Assembly (NCBI RefSeq): GCF_006345805.1
Contig: NC_043002.1
Location: 88,350,001-88,414,000, forward strand
Source of the DNA: Octopus sinensis
Lineage: Eukaryota
DNA length: 64,000 bases
Reading direction: 5' to 3'
Of the stretch, positions 52,601 through 64,000 are shown in pieces. Numbering within the stretch: position 1 is the stretch's first letter; every line of letters starts with the position of its first letter. The notes under the pieces were generated by a model. That model had not been told where the DNA came from and made no database searches. It saw nothing but the letters and a program-made list of their open reading frames with translations. The translations under genes and the position numbers were made by a program.

Positions 52601-53019
52601 AGACTGAAAAAAGAGAGAGAGAAAAAAAAAAGAGAGAGAGAAAAAAAGAGAGAGAAAAAAAAAAGAGAGAGAGAAAAAGAGAGCGATCAAGAAGGAAGAC
52701 AGAAACAGGTGTGCTACTGCAAGGAGATAAATGGTTACCCAACCTGAGAGAAGTGCAGAAGGAAAGAGTGGGAGACTGCAGGATAGAGATGGTCAAGTGC
52801 CGGGTATACTCACAAGGGATGGGGATCAGAATATAAATGGGATGGTTGAGTGAAGGAAGAGAGAGGTATAGATGGTGGCAAGTGCCAGGGCATATCCTTG
52901 AGGTTCAGATGTCATAATATAAGTGGCAGGATATTGTGAAAGGAATGGGATTAGAAAGCGTAGAGGGGTGGGGAAGTGAATGGTCAAAACCTAGGTATAT
53001 ATAGAATGGGGAAAGGTTT

Positions 53020-53550
53020 AGGGAAGTGTTTTGGTGCTTCATTTTGGTCCAACCACTGTGGAGAATGTTTTTTGATTATTGTACAGAATCCACTTTTCAT
53101 TGCAAGTTGCAATAGGGTTGAGAAATTGATCGGTCTGGTTACGGAGTAGTGATGAGCAAATTTCATATCTGCGCATTTTCTGATTTTCCTTTAAATCATG
53201 TGGTACCCATTTGTCGAGCCTTTTTTGATTTTCTGATCGCATGCAAATGGTTGCAGGCAGTTTTCTGGCTAACTTGAAGTTCTTTTGCCAGTTCTCAAGT
53301 GGTTTTATGTGGATCCCTCTCAATGACAGTCTTTAGTTAACCATCATCGGTGACAGATAAGTATCCATCACTCTCATGACTCTCAAGGTCTCCACTACGA
53401 AATTGTTTAAACCATTTTCAAGTTGACCACTCACTGCTCACTTCCTCAACAAATATTTAGTTGATATCATGAGCAGTTTCAGCTGCTTTACATCCTTTTC
53501 TTAAAGTTGAATAGCAAAACTACTCGAATATCACGCTTTAACAGTTCCAT
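53020..53550 (-). pseudogene. Mariner transposase N-terminal/central fragment
   Basis: LDKWVPHDL (WVPHEL motif), IATCNEKWILYNN (first catalytic D region) and WLD..EAPKHFPKP. Confidence 0.88.
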
Positions 53551-53744
53551 TTCAGATTATTGCGACAATGGTGGAGAAAATATCAACGTTCATTTATTCA
53601 TGCATTTGGGAAAGTCTATGTCTGTATTATTAGACAATTGCAAAGAAAAAGTTTAAAAAAATTCAAAACTCTGCAAAAACTTGGTACAAATTCTTCATGG
53701 TTTAAAACGTTGCTTACTTTTTACTCAACATACAATGGGAAAAT

Positions 53745-54100
53745 CAAGGTACCAACAACGAGGTTCTTCGCCGTGCCTCACTACCAAGTGTCAAAACCAC
53801 CATTCCTTGCCATCGTCTCCACTGGGCAGGTCATGTTCAACGCATGGACCCCTCTTGTCTCCCAAGGATCGTGCTCTACAGAGAACTTGCAATCGGAACA
53901 AGACCCAGAAGAGGTCTGAAATTCCCTTTTAAAGACCAGCTCAAATGGACCTTGGCTGAAGCTAACATTCAGCCATCCTCGTGGGAACAGATTGCCATGG
54001 ATAGGAGATTCTGGAGAACTGCTATCTGCAATGGAGCCAGTTCCTGCAAACAGAACAGACAACAGAATGAGGAGGAAAAACACAGGAGAAGAAAGAGCCC
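53745..54100 (+). mobile_element. RTE/BovB-like 3' fragment
   Basis: HWAGHVQRMDPSCLPRIVLYREL..G.R..RG....FKDQLK. Confidence 0.85.
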
Positions 54101-54104
54101 CACT

Positions 54105-54402
54105 CACCATATTCACCAGGCATTGCCCCATCTGATTATCATTTATTTGGCAGTCTTTAAAATCATTTGGATGGAAAAAATATAAATTATGTAGACAAGG
54201 TCAGAACATTACTGGAGGAGTATTTTTCATCATGGACAAGTGAATTTTGGAAGAGGGGTCTTGCAAGTCTACCACATAGATGGAAGAGCATTGTAGAAAA
54301 TGAAGAAGAGTATATTTTAGATTAAAAATGAGCTTTGTTTATCTTAATTTTGAAAAATAAAATAAATATAAAAAAGCTGCCTTATTTATGGGATGACCCA
54401 AT
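54105..54402 (+). mobile_element. Mariner 3' end with TIR
   Basis: PYSPGIAPSDYHLF (YSPDLAPSD motif) and terminal TTTATGGGATGACCCAA-TA, the same TIR as at 29402. Confidence 0.85.
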
Positions 54403-54824
54403 ATATATATATATATATATAAAATAAAGATGTATTATTATGTCTAATAGTCCAGTTGATACAGTGATACAATGATATATATATATATATATATATACCC
54501 TATTGTATCTATATATATAATTGTATCAATGTATCAACCAGACTATTAGATGTTGTTATACATCACTAGTCACAATGCACTTCATCATTCCTTGCATTGT
54601 CATAGCTTTCAAATGATGCCACTTCACCAACTAAGCAGGCAAGCTGACATTCCCTCTGAATGGTACATCAGTCTGTCAGAGGGTTGTTCCTTTATAGCTA
54701 AATGGACTGGAGCAACATAAAATGATGCATTTTGCTTAGGAGCACAATGTACTGCTGGCCTGGGAGTCAAACCCATGATTTTGTGATTGTGAGTGCAACA
54801 CCCTAATCACTAGGCCACGTGTCA

Positions 54825-54868
<44 letters not shown>

Positions 54869-55624
54869 ACACTCATGAGGTCAATTTTTTTGCCTTTCAT
54901 CCTTCTGGAGTCAATAAGATAAAGTACCAGTAAATTGTTGAGAGTTGATATAATTAATTATCCCCCCCACCAAAAAAAAAAAGTAGTGGCCTTGTGCCAT
55001 TGTAAGAAGGTAATAATTAATAATTTTGTAATAAATTAGTACTGTGCTTATCATCATCATCATCATCATCATCACCACCACATCATCACTGCCACCACCA
55101 CTGCCATCATCATCATCATCATCATTGTCATCACCACAGTTATTGTCACCACCACCATCATCATCATTGCCACCACCACCACGACCACCATCATCAACAG
55201 CACCAGTAGCATATCCAATTATGTTTTGGGTGTGTCCTTGGAATTACCTCTCAATGAATTGATACATTTCTAGATTAATACCTGTTCGTTTGTTGTCTTA
55301 ACAACAACAGCAACAACAACAATATTGAACGAATTTAAGCTAAGTAATCCATCAATTTTAGTCTGTTTCTACTTTCATTAACAAACACTAGGATTTTACA
55401 ACGCTTCTCTATTTACATCACAAAATACACTTGAGACTTCCCTCACATAACAATTTCCTGATTGTCTTTGGAATGTTAATCATTCATTTATTTATCCATT
55501 CTCTTACTGTAGTCATTGGACTACAGCCATGCTGGACACCCCGTTTCAAAAGAGTTTAGTCAGTCACATACACCCAAGTCTGGTTCTTATTTGATCAATT
55601 TCATTTCAGTGAATCACTAAGTTG

Positions 55625-56170
55625 TGGAGGCGCGTGGCTTAGTGGTTAGGGTGTCAGCATCATGATCGCAAGATTGTGGTTTCGATTCCTGGACCGGGTA
55701 ATGCGTTTTGTTCTTGAGCAAAACACTTCATCTCACGGTGCTCCAGTCCACTCAGCTGGCAAAAATAAGTAACGCTGCAATGGATTGGTGCCCATCCAGC
55801 TTGGGAACACATACACCGTTGAAACCAGGAAACTGGGCCCATGAGCCTGGCTAGGCTTTAAAAGGGCACAGAGGAGGTGCAGTGGCCCAGTGGTTAGGGC
55901 AGCGGTCGGAGGATCGCAATTTCAATTCCCAGACCAGGTGTTGTGTGTGTTTATAGAGTGAAAACACCTAAAAAGCTCCACGAGGCTCCTGCAGGGGTTG
56001 CTGGCGACCCCTGTTGTACTCTTTCACCCCAACTTTCTCTCACTCTCTCTTCCTGTTTCTTCAGTAATGCTGCGAAGGACTGGTGTCCCATCCAGCTGGG
56101 GGGAACACATATGCCACAGAAACCAGGAAACCGAGCCCATGAGCCTGGTTAGGCTTGAAAAGAGCGCATA
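55625..56170 (+). mobile_element. Head-to-tail pair of related tRNA-headed SINEs (family C and a relative)
   Basis: Two heads (TGGCTTAGTGG..GGTTTCGATTCC; TGGCCCAGTGG..TTTCAATTCCC), each ending GAAACCAGGAAAC...CCCATGAGCCTGG. Confidence 0.8.
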
Positions 56171-56442
56171 AATATAAATAAAAAAATCACTAAGTTATAC
56201 TTCTGATATAAATGAAAGCAGCTAGACTGTTTATATATTCAACAAATGTTCTTATATATATATATATATATACCTTGATACTGTGTGGACTAAGATTCCC
56301 ACTGTCAGGTCGCTGGTATTTATAGAGTATTAAACACATTCAGTATGTAAATTAGGGACTCCTTCACAGAGTAACTGCTGCATTTGTTGAGTATATAAAC
56401 AGTTGGGTTGCTCATTTCTCTGGAGACTGTTAGAATGATGTC

Positions 56443-56492
56443 AACTCCTCTGATGAGAACTCAATAAGGTTTGAAAATTGATTAAGGTGGTT
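56443..56492 (+). ncRNA. Hammerhead ribozyme-like motif (minimal type I)
   Basis: AACTCCT-CTGATGA-GAAC TCAATAAG GTTT-GAAA-ATTGAT-TA-AGGTGGTT: both cores intact, stem II and stem I can pair, and stem III could be a CpG-decayed ATCGAT palindrome. Confidence 0.55.
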
Positions 56493-56689
56493 CATTATTT
56501 TTTTCAGTCTGTGTGGAGAGATGGCTAAAATTTGCCCTGTTTATAATTATACCATGTGTTACATATATATACAATATATTTATACATACATTTATGCTAC
56601 CACAAAGTATATACATGTATATATATTTATACATATATATATATACAGACACATATATGTACATATACATAACCAGTCTATCACTTAAC

Positions 56690-56899
56690 TTACTCTTTTA
56701 CTTGTTTCAGTCATTTGACTGTGGCCATGCTGGTGCACCACTCTTTAGTCGAGCAAATCGACCCCAGAACTTATTATTTGTAAGCCTAGTACTTATTCTA
56801 TCAGTCTCTTTTGCCGAACCACTAAGTTACAGGGATGTAAACACACCAGCATCGGTTGTCAAGCGATGTTGGGGGAACAAACACAGACACACAAACACG

Positions 56900-56953
<54 letters not shown>

Positions 56954-57235
56954 GGAGTAAACACATAAATGTGAAACAAGGTGGAAAAAAGAGTACTCAA
57001 ATACCAGTGGTAGAGTAATATGCTTTAAATAAAGTATATATATATATATATATATATATATGCATATACACATATACAATGGGCTTCTGTCAGCTTCCAT
57101 CTACCAAATCCACTCACAGGGCTTTGGTCGGCCCGAGGCTATAGTAGAAGACACTTGTCCATGATGCCACGCTGTGGGACTGAACCCGGGACCATGTGGT
57201 TGGTAAGCAAGCTACTTACCATACAGCCACTCCTG
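56690..57235 (-). mobile_element. SINE family A with an insertion inside its internal (TA)n
   Basis: Family A tail and head flank an ~85-nt unrelated block at ~56950-57035. Confidence 0.85.
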
Positions 57236-57243
57236 CAGCTGCG

Positions 57244-57570
57244 CTTATTAAATATTAAAGTTCAACAAATTCATTCATATTTATGTAATGAAGAAGATTG
57301 GATGTTAAACTGGATTATGGTTTTTATTTTTCATATTGCTATACAATTGTTTCACACAAACTCCTAAGTAGTTAATAAGACGTTTGTTTTTCTGTTAACT
57401 GCTGAGGACTACAAGTATGACTATTATAATGTTCTATTTATGAATATCTGAGTCCATTTGTATGTAACAATTGTATAGCAATATTAAAAATAAACACTAT
57501 AATCAATTTTAACATCCAATCTCCATCATTACATGAATATGAATGAATTTGTTGAACGTTGTTTAATAAG
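57244..57570. repeat. Diverged inverted repeat, ~120-bp arms, ~85-nt spacer
   Basis: GTTCAACAAATTCATTCATATT versus AATATGAATGAATTTGTTGAAC; the ORF track shows similar peptides on both strands. Confidence 0.85.
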
Positions 57571-58237
57571 TTAAGCCATATACTGAGTATTTCAATACAA
57601 GCTTTCATGCCTATACGCATTATTATTAAAAAAATTCAAAAGTAAAGTATGAAGAAAAGACATTAGAAATCTTAGGAAAAATTCCAGTTAAAGGACTAAT
57701 GTACATTCATCCAATAAAATATATATAGAATATATATATTATGTATATACATATATAGTACAAAGTAAGACAGGGGTTATGAAGGTAACCCACTATGAGA
57801 TATCATTTATCCAATATACTGCTGGTAAAGTACCCAAATACTAAATACATAAATGCTTATAATTGCAATGCAATTAATTCATTTATTGTATTGAATGAGT
57901 GAAGATAAAAAATATTTTACTGTAAATTCATAATACAAATAAGAAAATGTAGGAACAGATTCATTTTGATCATCAACTTACAGATATTACAATTTCATAT
58001 TATTTATTAATTATACAAATAGAAACATGAAAATCGAACAACACAATATACATCAATATGCAAATTAATAATAAAATAAAAATAATACAAATAAACTGCT
58101 CCTTACAGCTGTTTCAGCCTATGGTCAAGAGACAATCCAACTTAAATTGCCCATATATGCCATTGTAGTGTAGTCTTAGGCATTAAAGATTATATTTGTC
58201 TGTTTATATATATTAACATTCTCTCTGCAGGTATATA

Positions 58238-58945
58238 TGAGGGGAAGTCAAAAATTATTCACACTTTCGCCATAACATCTTTATTACTGTCACACTGCCT
58301 TTTGCTCAAGTGTGCTTATAGTTGGTACTATTGCGGTCATGTGATCAAAGTTTGAGCCTTATCACACCACTTTTCTTTCTGGTTTTACCACTAGCAATGT
58401 GCACCAAAGAAGAACAAAGAGCAGTGATCCGATTTCTCTGATTGGAAGGCATGTCAGGTGCTGAAATTCATCAGAGTCTTTTAACATAATATGGGGACAA
58501 TGCACTACCACGTAGAAGTTAGTATGAAGGGACTGAGAAGTTTAAAAGTCACTGGACAAATGTGACACACGAAGAGGGAGCAGGACGCCCATCAACCTCC
58601 ACCACTAACAAGATTCTGCAAGCTCAAGAGATGGTGATGGTGAACCGGTGAGTTATGATCAATGTGGTCGCTCATTCTCTGGAGATTAGTCATGGTTCAG
58701 CATATCATCCACAATGAGCTCGACTTCCATAAAATCTGTGCAAGACAGAGAATGGAGAGGAAACATCCTGGCTTGCCAGTGATGAAAAAATTCAAGACTC
58801 ACTATTCTGCAGAAAAAGTGATGCTAACCATTTTTTGGGACTCAAAAGGGCTTCTACTGGAAGACTACCTGGAAAAGGGATGTATGATCAACAGTGCAAG
58901 ATACAATGCTTTGCTGGCCAACGAACTGAAGCCAGTAATTCACAC
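58238..58945 (+). pseudogene. Mariner transposase relic (irritans/Hsmar2-like), internally deleted
   Basis: TA-TGAGGGGAAGTCAAAAATTAT terminus; TKEEQRAVIRFL, GRPSTST and SAEKVMLTIFWDSKG...INSARY motifs. Confidence 0.85.
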
Positions 58946-60270
58946 CAAACACTTGTGGGAGAACCTGAAATCAGCCATCCTTAAGACATCTATGGAAGTT
59001 CTCGGGCACACAAAGAAGAAAAACAAGGACTGGTTCGATGAAAATGACAAGGAGATCCAGAAATTACTAGCAAAGAAGAGGGCAGCTCCTCAGGCCCACC
59101 TCGCACAACCAGCTTGTCCTGTAAAGAAATCTACCTTTCGATGCACATGCAGCACCCTACAGTGAAAATTCAGAGAAATGCAGAACGAGTGGTAGGAGCA
59201 CCTGGCGTGGAGAACCCAGCTGTGCGCTGACCTCGGAGACTATAGAGGCTTCTATGAGGCTCTGAAAGCAGTGTATGCCCCACCCACCTGGTCCAGAGTC
59301 CCCTGCACAGTTCAGATGGACAGAACCTCCTCACTGATAACACTTCCATCCTCGCTCGCTGGTCCAAGCACTTCCAAAGCCTCTTCAGTGCTAACCGTAC
59401 CGTACAGGATGCTCAACGAACCACCTACCCTCGAAGAAACGATTGAGTTGCAAAGAAGCAGGACTTGACGGCATCCCACTAGAAATCTGGAAGAATGGAA
59501 GTCCGATGCTCCATAACAAGCTCCATGATCTTCTTGTCTGCTGCTGGGAGCAGAGCAAGCTGCCACAGGATCTTTGCGACGCCGTCATCATAACCCTGTA
59601 CAAGAACATGGGTGAAAAGTCAGACCTAGAGGGCCGTGGTTCTCACCACTCTTCTCTATGGCTCAGAGACCTGGATCACTTACCGCAGTCACATCCGTCT
59701 CCTCGAGCGCTTCCACCAGCAATGTCTCCGCACCATCCTCAACATTCACTGGAGTAACTTTGTCACAAAAATTGACGTCTTGGAGCGGGCCGAGATCCCC
59801 AGCATTGAAGCCATGCTACTAAAGTACCACCTCCGATGGGCAGGGCATTTCTCCAGAATGGAGAACCATCGCCTTCCTAAGATTGCCCTGTTTGGTGAAC
59901 TCTCCACCGGCCACCGTGTGAGAGGAGCTCTGAGGAAGTGCTGCAAAGACTGCCTCAAGAAGTCTCTAACAGCATGTCATATTAACCACCAATGCTGGCC
60001 AGACCTGGCTGCGGACCGTGATGTCTGGTGCCACACGATCTTCAACGCAGTCAGCAAGTTTGAGGAATAAAGAAGAGACGTGCTTAAAGACAATAGACAC
60101 AGGAGGAAGGCACGAGCCGCCTCTGACACCACACTGGATGTTACCTTCATCCGTGGACACTGCTCACGGACCTGCCTTTCCCATATTGGACTTGTCAGTC
60201 ATGAGCATGCATGCACACAACGTGGACAGCCTTCCTGATCTTCGTTCAAGAAGCCAAGCCATGATGATGA
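58945..60270 (+). mobile_element. RTE/BovB-like LINE with the RT core deleted, C-terminal zinc-finger remnant and (ATG)n tail
   Basis: KNKDWFDEND.EIQ and AGLDGIP.EIWK...IITLYK.MGEKSD joined directly to VVLTTLLYGSETW...LRWAGH..RM...RLPK; HCSR.C.S.IGL.SH; tail GAAGCCAAGCCATGATGATGA. Confidence 0.92.
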
Positions 60271-60727
60271 CTGTATTTGTACATCCACATGCAAATATAT
60301 GCATGATGATTACCTCATCTTGTCAGATGATAGCTGTCTCACATTCAACCTGTTTATTCTGATTTATTTTTTTATTTGCATGTAATGCCATATTTGATAT
60401 GACTTCACACATTGTCATTTATCCACTGCAATAGGACTCAATAAAATACAAAACGGATCAAGAAATGAAATGTTAGTGGGACATCTGTATGTCATTGGAT
60501 TTAAGTAACAAAAGCTTGTACAACACTTTTGCCAGGCTCTTGGTCACTATAGTAGGTTCCAATGACAAGCACTGCAAATTGACTGACACTATTTTGACTA
60601 CACATTTTATGTTAGAGTATCTTTCTGCTGAAACAAATGCCTTCCCCATAGCATATATATATATACATATATGTAAATAGATGCACACATGAATATATTA
60701 CATACATATGCACATATATACGTACAT

Positions 60728-61140
60728 AGGCATAGGAGTGGCTGTGTGGTAAATAGCTTGCTTACCAACCACATGGTTTCGGGTTCAGTCTCACTGCATG
60801 GCACCTTGGGCAAGTGTCATCAACTATATAGCCTCAGGCTGATCAAAGCCTTGTGAGTGGATTTGGTAGACAGAAACTGAAAGAAGTCCGTCGCATATAT
60901 GTATATGTATATATGTGTGTGTGTGTGTGTTTGTGTGTCTGTGCTTGTCCCTCCCCAACATCGCTTGACAACCAATGCTGGTGTGTTTACGTCCCCGTAA
61001 CTTAGTGGTTCAGTAAAAGAGACCAATAGAATAAGTACTAGGTTACAAAGAATAAGTCCTGGGGTTAATTTGCTCGACTAAAGGCGGTGCTCCAGCATGG
61101 CTGCAGTCAAATGACTGAAACAAGTAAAAGAGTAAAAAAG
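60728..61140 (+). mobile_element. SINE family A, full length
   Basis: Head GGAGTGGCTGTGTGGTAA, tail CAAGTAAAAGAGTAAAA. Confidence 0.9.
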
Positions 61141-61188
61141 TATACACACACACACATATATATATACATACATTTATATATATATATC

Positions 61189-61224
<36 letters not shown>

Positions 61225-61789
61225 CATACACACACACACGCACACACACATATATATACATATACATGTATGCATACATAAGGCAGATATGTTCGGTTGA
61301 ATATGCAGTATTAGCTTAGATTACAACCTGGCTTTTGGCCAGGTCAGTAGAAGCAAAGAGAGGTTTTTTAAGTGCAGACACTAACACACACTTGTATTCA
61401 CATACATACTTATGCATATGCATATGTATGTGTGTCTGAATCCATGTGCGTGTGTGTGTGTGTGTTTCCGCAAACCTAACTCACAAACATGTTCTAATTT
61501 TTCTTCCGCTGCTGTCAGAGAGGTGTATCAAAATCTTTTGTTCAGTGTTGTCATGTCTGAGGAACCAACTACACATTAGGAAAACCTAGAGTAGGAAGCC
61601 ACTAGATCCAGAACTGCCGCTATACTTTAGATAAACCAGGTGGACACTAAAAGAGGTGGAGCCAAACATAGTCGAACTATTCAAACCAAATTTTTTAAAG
61701 GACAGGATTGAGTGTTGGGTTGAGAAATAGGAGTGGATCAGCTAGTGCTACAACTTGTTAAATGAGTTGTTGTTTTTTTGTTTGTTCCT

Positions 61790-62080
61790 TCTTGAGCCAT
61801 GCCTGGCTCATAAGGGCCAGTTTCCCGGTTTATTGGCGTATAGGTTCCCCACCTGGACAGAATGCCGGTCCATTGCAGGTGAGCTGCAAGATACAGGAGG
61901 AAAGAGTGAGAGAAAGTTGTGGCGAAAGAGTCAGCAGAAGTTCGCCATTACCTTCTGCCAGAGCCGCATGGAGCTTAGGTGTTTTTGCTGATAAACACAC
62001 ACATCGCCCGGTCTGAGATTCGAACCCGTGATCTCTTGACCGCGAGTCCGCTGCTCTAACCACTAGGCCATGTGCCTCCA
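61790..62080 (-). mobile_element. SINE related to family C
   Basis: Minus-strand head TGGAGGCACATGGCCTAGTGGTTAGAGCAGCGGAC...GGGTTCGAATCTC. Confidence 0.85.
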
Positions 62081-62559
62081 AGTTAAATGAGTTGGTGTTG
62101 TATCATTTAAAATTTTGCCAGATTTAACCGGTGACATGTATGAAAATAATAATATGGATTCTTCTGCTCAGCTTCATTATCATTTTGTCAACTGCAGGTT
62201 TTTGTTGATGTATAGAAGGTGATTGCTAGAAGAATTTGAGAAAAATTGTTAAAAGGATGTACATTGCAGGAGTGCAAGAAAAGGGAGTATATTGTAGGAA
62301 AGTAGATGTTCCTTTGGCACTCGGAGAAAGGGAGCATATTGAAAGGCTGGGATATAGAGAAGTACATCGTGGGATTGAGAGAAGGGTGAGCAAATTGTAG
62401 GGCTGGATTAAGGGGGAGTACATTGTAGAACTGGAAAAAAAGAAGTAACCTTGCATGCCTGGCATAGGGCATTGATTATCTTGGCACCAACTCTGAGAGG
62501 ATAAGTTTAAATAAACTACATGTATCTATATATCTATCTATCAATTTGTATATACAAGT

Positions 62560-62742
62560 ACATGCATACACACACACATACATGCATACATACATGCATA
62601 CATACATACATACATACATACATACATGTATACATACATACATACATACGTACATACATACACGCATGCATACATACATACATGTATACATACATACATG
62701 CATGCATACACGCATGCATACATACATACATACATACATACA

Positions 62743-62772
<30 letters not shown>
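62560..62772. repeat. (TACA)n microsatellite
   Basis: Direct reading. Confidence 0.95.
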
Positions 62773-62774
<2 letters not shown>

Positions 62775-62914
62775 ACGTCTTTAATGACAGAGAAATAGTT
62801 TGATGAAATTCTATGCAACAATAAGAAAATTCTAATATCACAGCAAATTGTTTCATAATTTAAAAACATGCAAATAATTTATATTATTATATCTAACAAT
62901 AAATAAGTGAGTTT

Positions 62915-63622
62915 TTTTTTTGTGACGAGGTGACTTTTCATGTTTCAGGGAAATTAAACAGACAATGTGAGAATCTGGTGATCAGAACACCCCCATGTGA
63001 CTAGGGAGCTTCAACAGGATAGTCCAAAAGTGAATGTGTGGTATGGAATCATGTGCAATTGAATAATTGGTCCACTTTTCTTCAATGAGGCAGCAATTAC
63101 TGCAGATGTTTACCTCGGCCTTCTCACCGAATATGTGGCACCACAACAGATTGATTTACAACCAACCATCATTTTCCAGCAAGATGGTGCACCACCACAT
63201 TGGGGACGGCATGTTCGTTAGTTCCTCAATCAAACATTTTCAGACCGATAGATTTGAAGAGATGGGCCAATTCCATGGCCCTCGTGTTCACCAGATATCA
63301 TTTCCTTGGACTTCTTTTTATGGGGTTACGTAAAAGATATCATGTATCAAACAAAGATACGGAACATTGCTGACTTGAAGCAAAGGATTCATAATGCCAT
63401 TGCCACCGTTGATGAGGCTATCCTACAGCACACATGGCAAGAAATTGAGTACCGTCTTGATGTGTTTCATGCAACTAATGGTGCCCATATTGAGGTCTAT
63501 TAAATAACAATTAAAAACTTTAATAAACAAATATTACAATAAAATAAATCTTGTTAAGATACCTTATCAACTGCCTTTGTAATAAAATTTTAAAATTGTG
63601 AAGAGACTTTATGGACACCCTG
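62915..63622 (+). pseudogene. Tc1/mariner DD41D (rosa/VS-type) transposase relic with 3' TIR
   Basis: SPKVNVW, IGP.FFNE and FQQDGAPPHW-x-WPSCSPDIISLDFFLWGYVKD, with 41 codons between the second and third Asp (three are now stops). Ends GACTTTATGGACACCCTG-TA. Confidence 0.92.
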
Positions 63623-64000
63623 TATATATACATATATATATATATATATCCCATGGACTTTTGAGAAGCTGCCTGTCAACCAATTCCACTCACAAGAAGT
63701 TGATGAATTGATTAACACCAAAACTGCAATAAAAAACTTACTGAGATGCAACTCCTTCAGTGGACCTGGCTACAAACCACATAGTAAACCAATATGAAGG
63801 AGTGTAATGAAGAGTCTTATGTAGTTGAAATCCATACATTAAAAATTTAAATGTCCCTACATCAAAAATTTGATGATTCTTTTTGTATGTGTATCCTAGA
63901 GTTGAAAACTTGGTGTAACTATGATATTTTGTTGATTTGAAGAGCTAGCCTTCTGTATCTACATTCGTTTGTAATATGTCCAATTGTATTATGCAATTTA

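Noticed and set aside
55625-55700. tRNA gene
   Set aside because: A and B boxes are present, but the sequence continues into a multi-copy SINE body and I could not build a full cloverleaf.
58662-59165. 167-aa ORF as a novel fusion gene
   Set aside because: It is a chance in-frame junction of a decayed mariner and an RTE fragment, both with stops or deletions nearby.

Overview
AT-rich eukaryotic DNA dense in microsatellites and transposon relics. The SINE/RTE repertoire and the (TA)n/(CAT)n/(TAA)n load suggest a coleoid cephalopod such as Octopus (inference from recalled repeat families, not a database result). Almost all ORF-track entries are microsatellite or transposon noise. The only host coding sequence I can support is missing from the track: a 98-nt first coding exon on the minus strand (13246-13343) resembling the N-terminus of ceramide glucosyltransferase (UGCG/GlcT-1). 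It has a consensus GG|GTAAGT donor, an overlapping 3-codon uORF, an NRF1/ETS-type promoter near 13.8 kb, and a first intron that appears to run off the left end (>13 kb). The ~50 kb upstream holds decayed elements: a Penelope-like RT+GIY-YIG copy, several RTE LINEs (one family with a PHD finger inside the RT), a Dong/R4-like 3' end in (TAA)n, Tigger/pogo, mariner and DD41D transposases, several MITEs and three tRNA-headed SINE families. The most unusual signal is a set of long foldback (inverted-repeat) elements plus several minimal type I hammerhead-ribozyme-like motifs. The best case is a ~420-bp hairpin (24271-24693) whose two arms, taken together, reconstruct a complete hammerhead consensus. 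Repeat boundaries were read by eye and are approximate.
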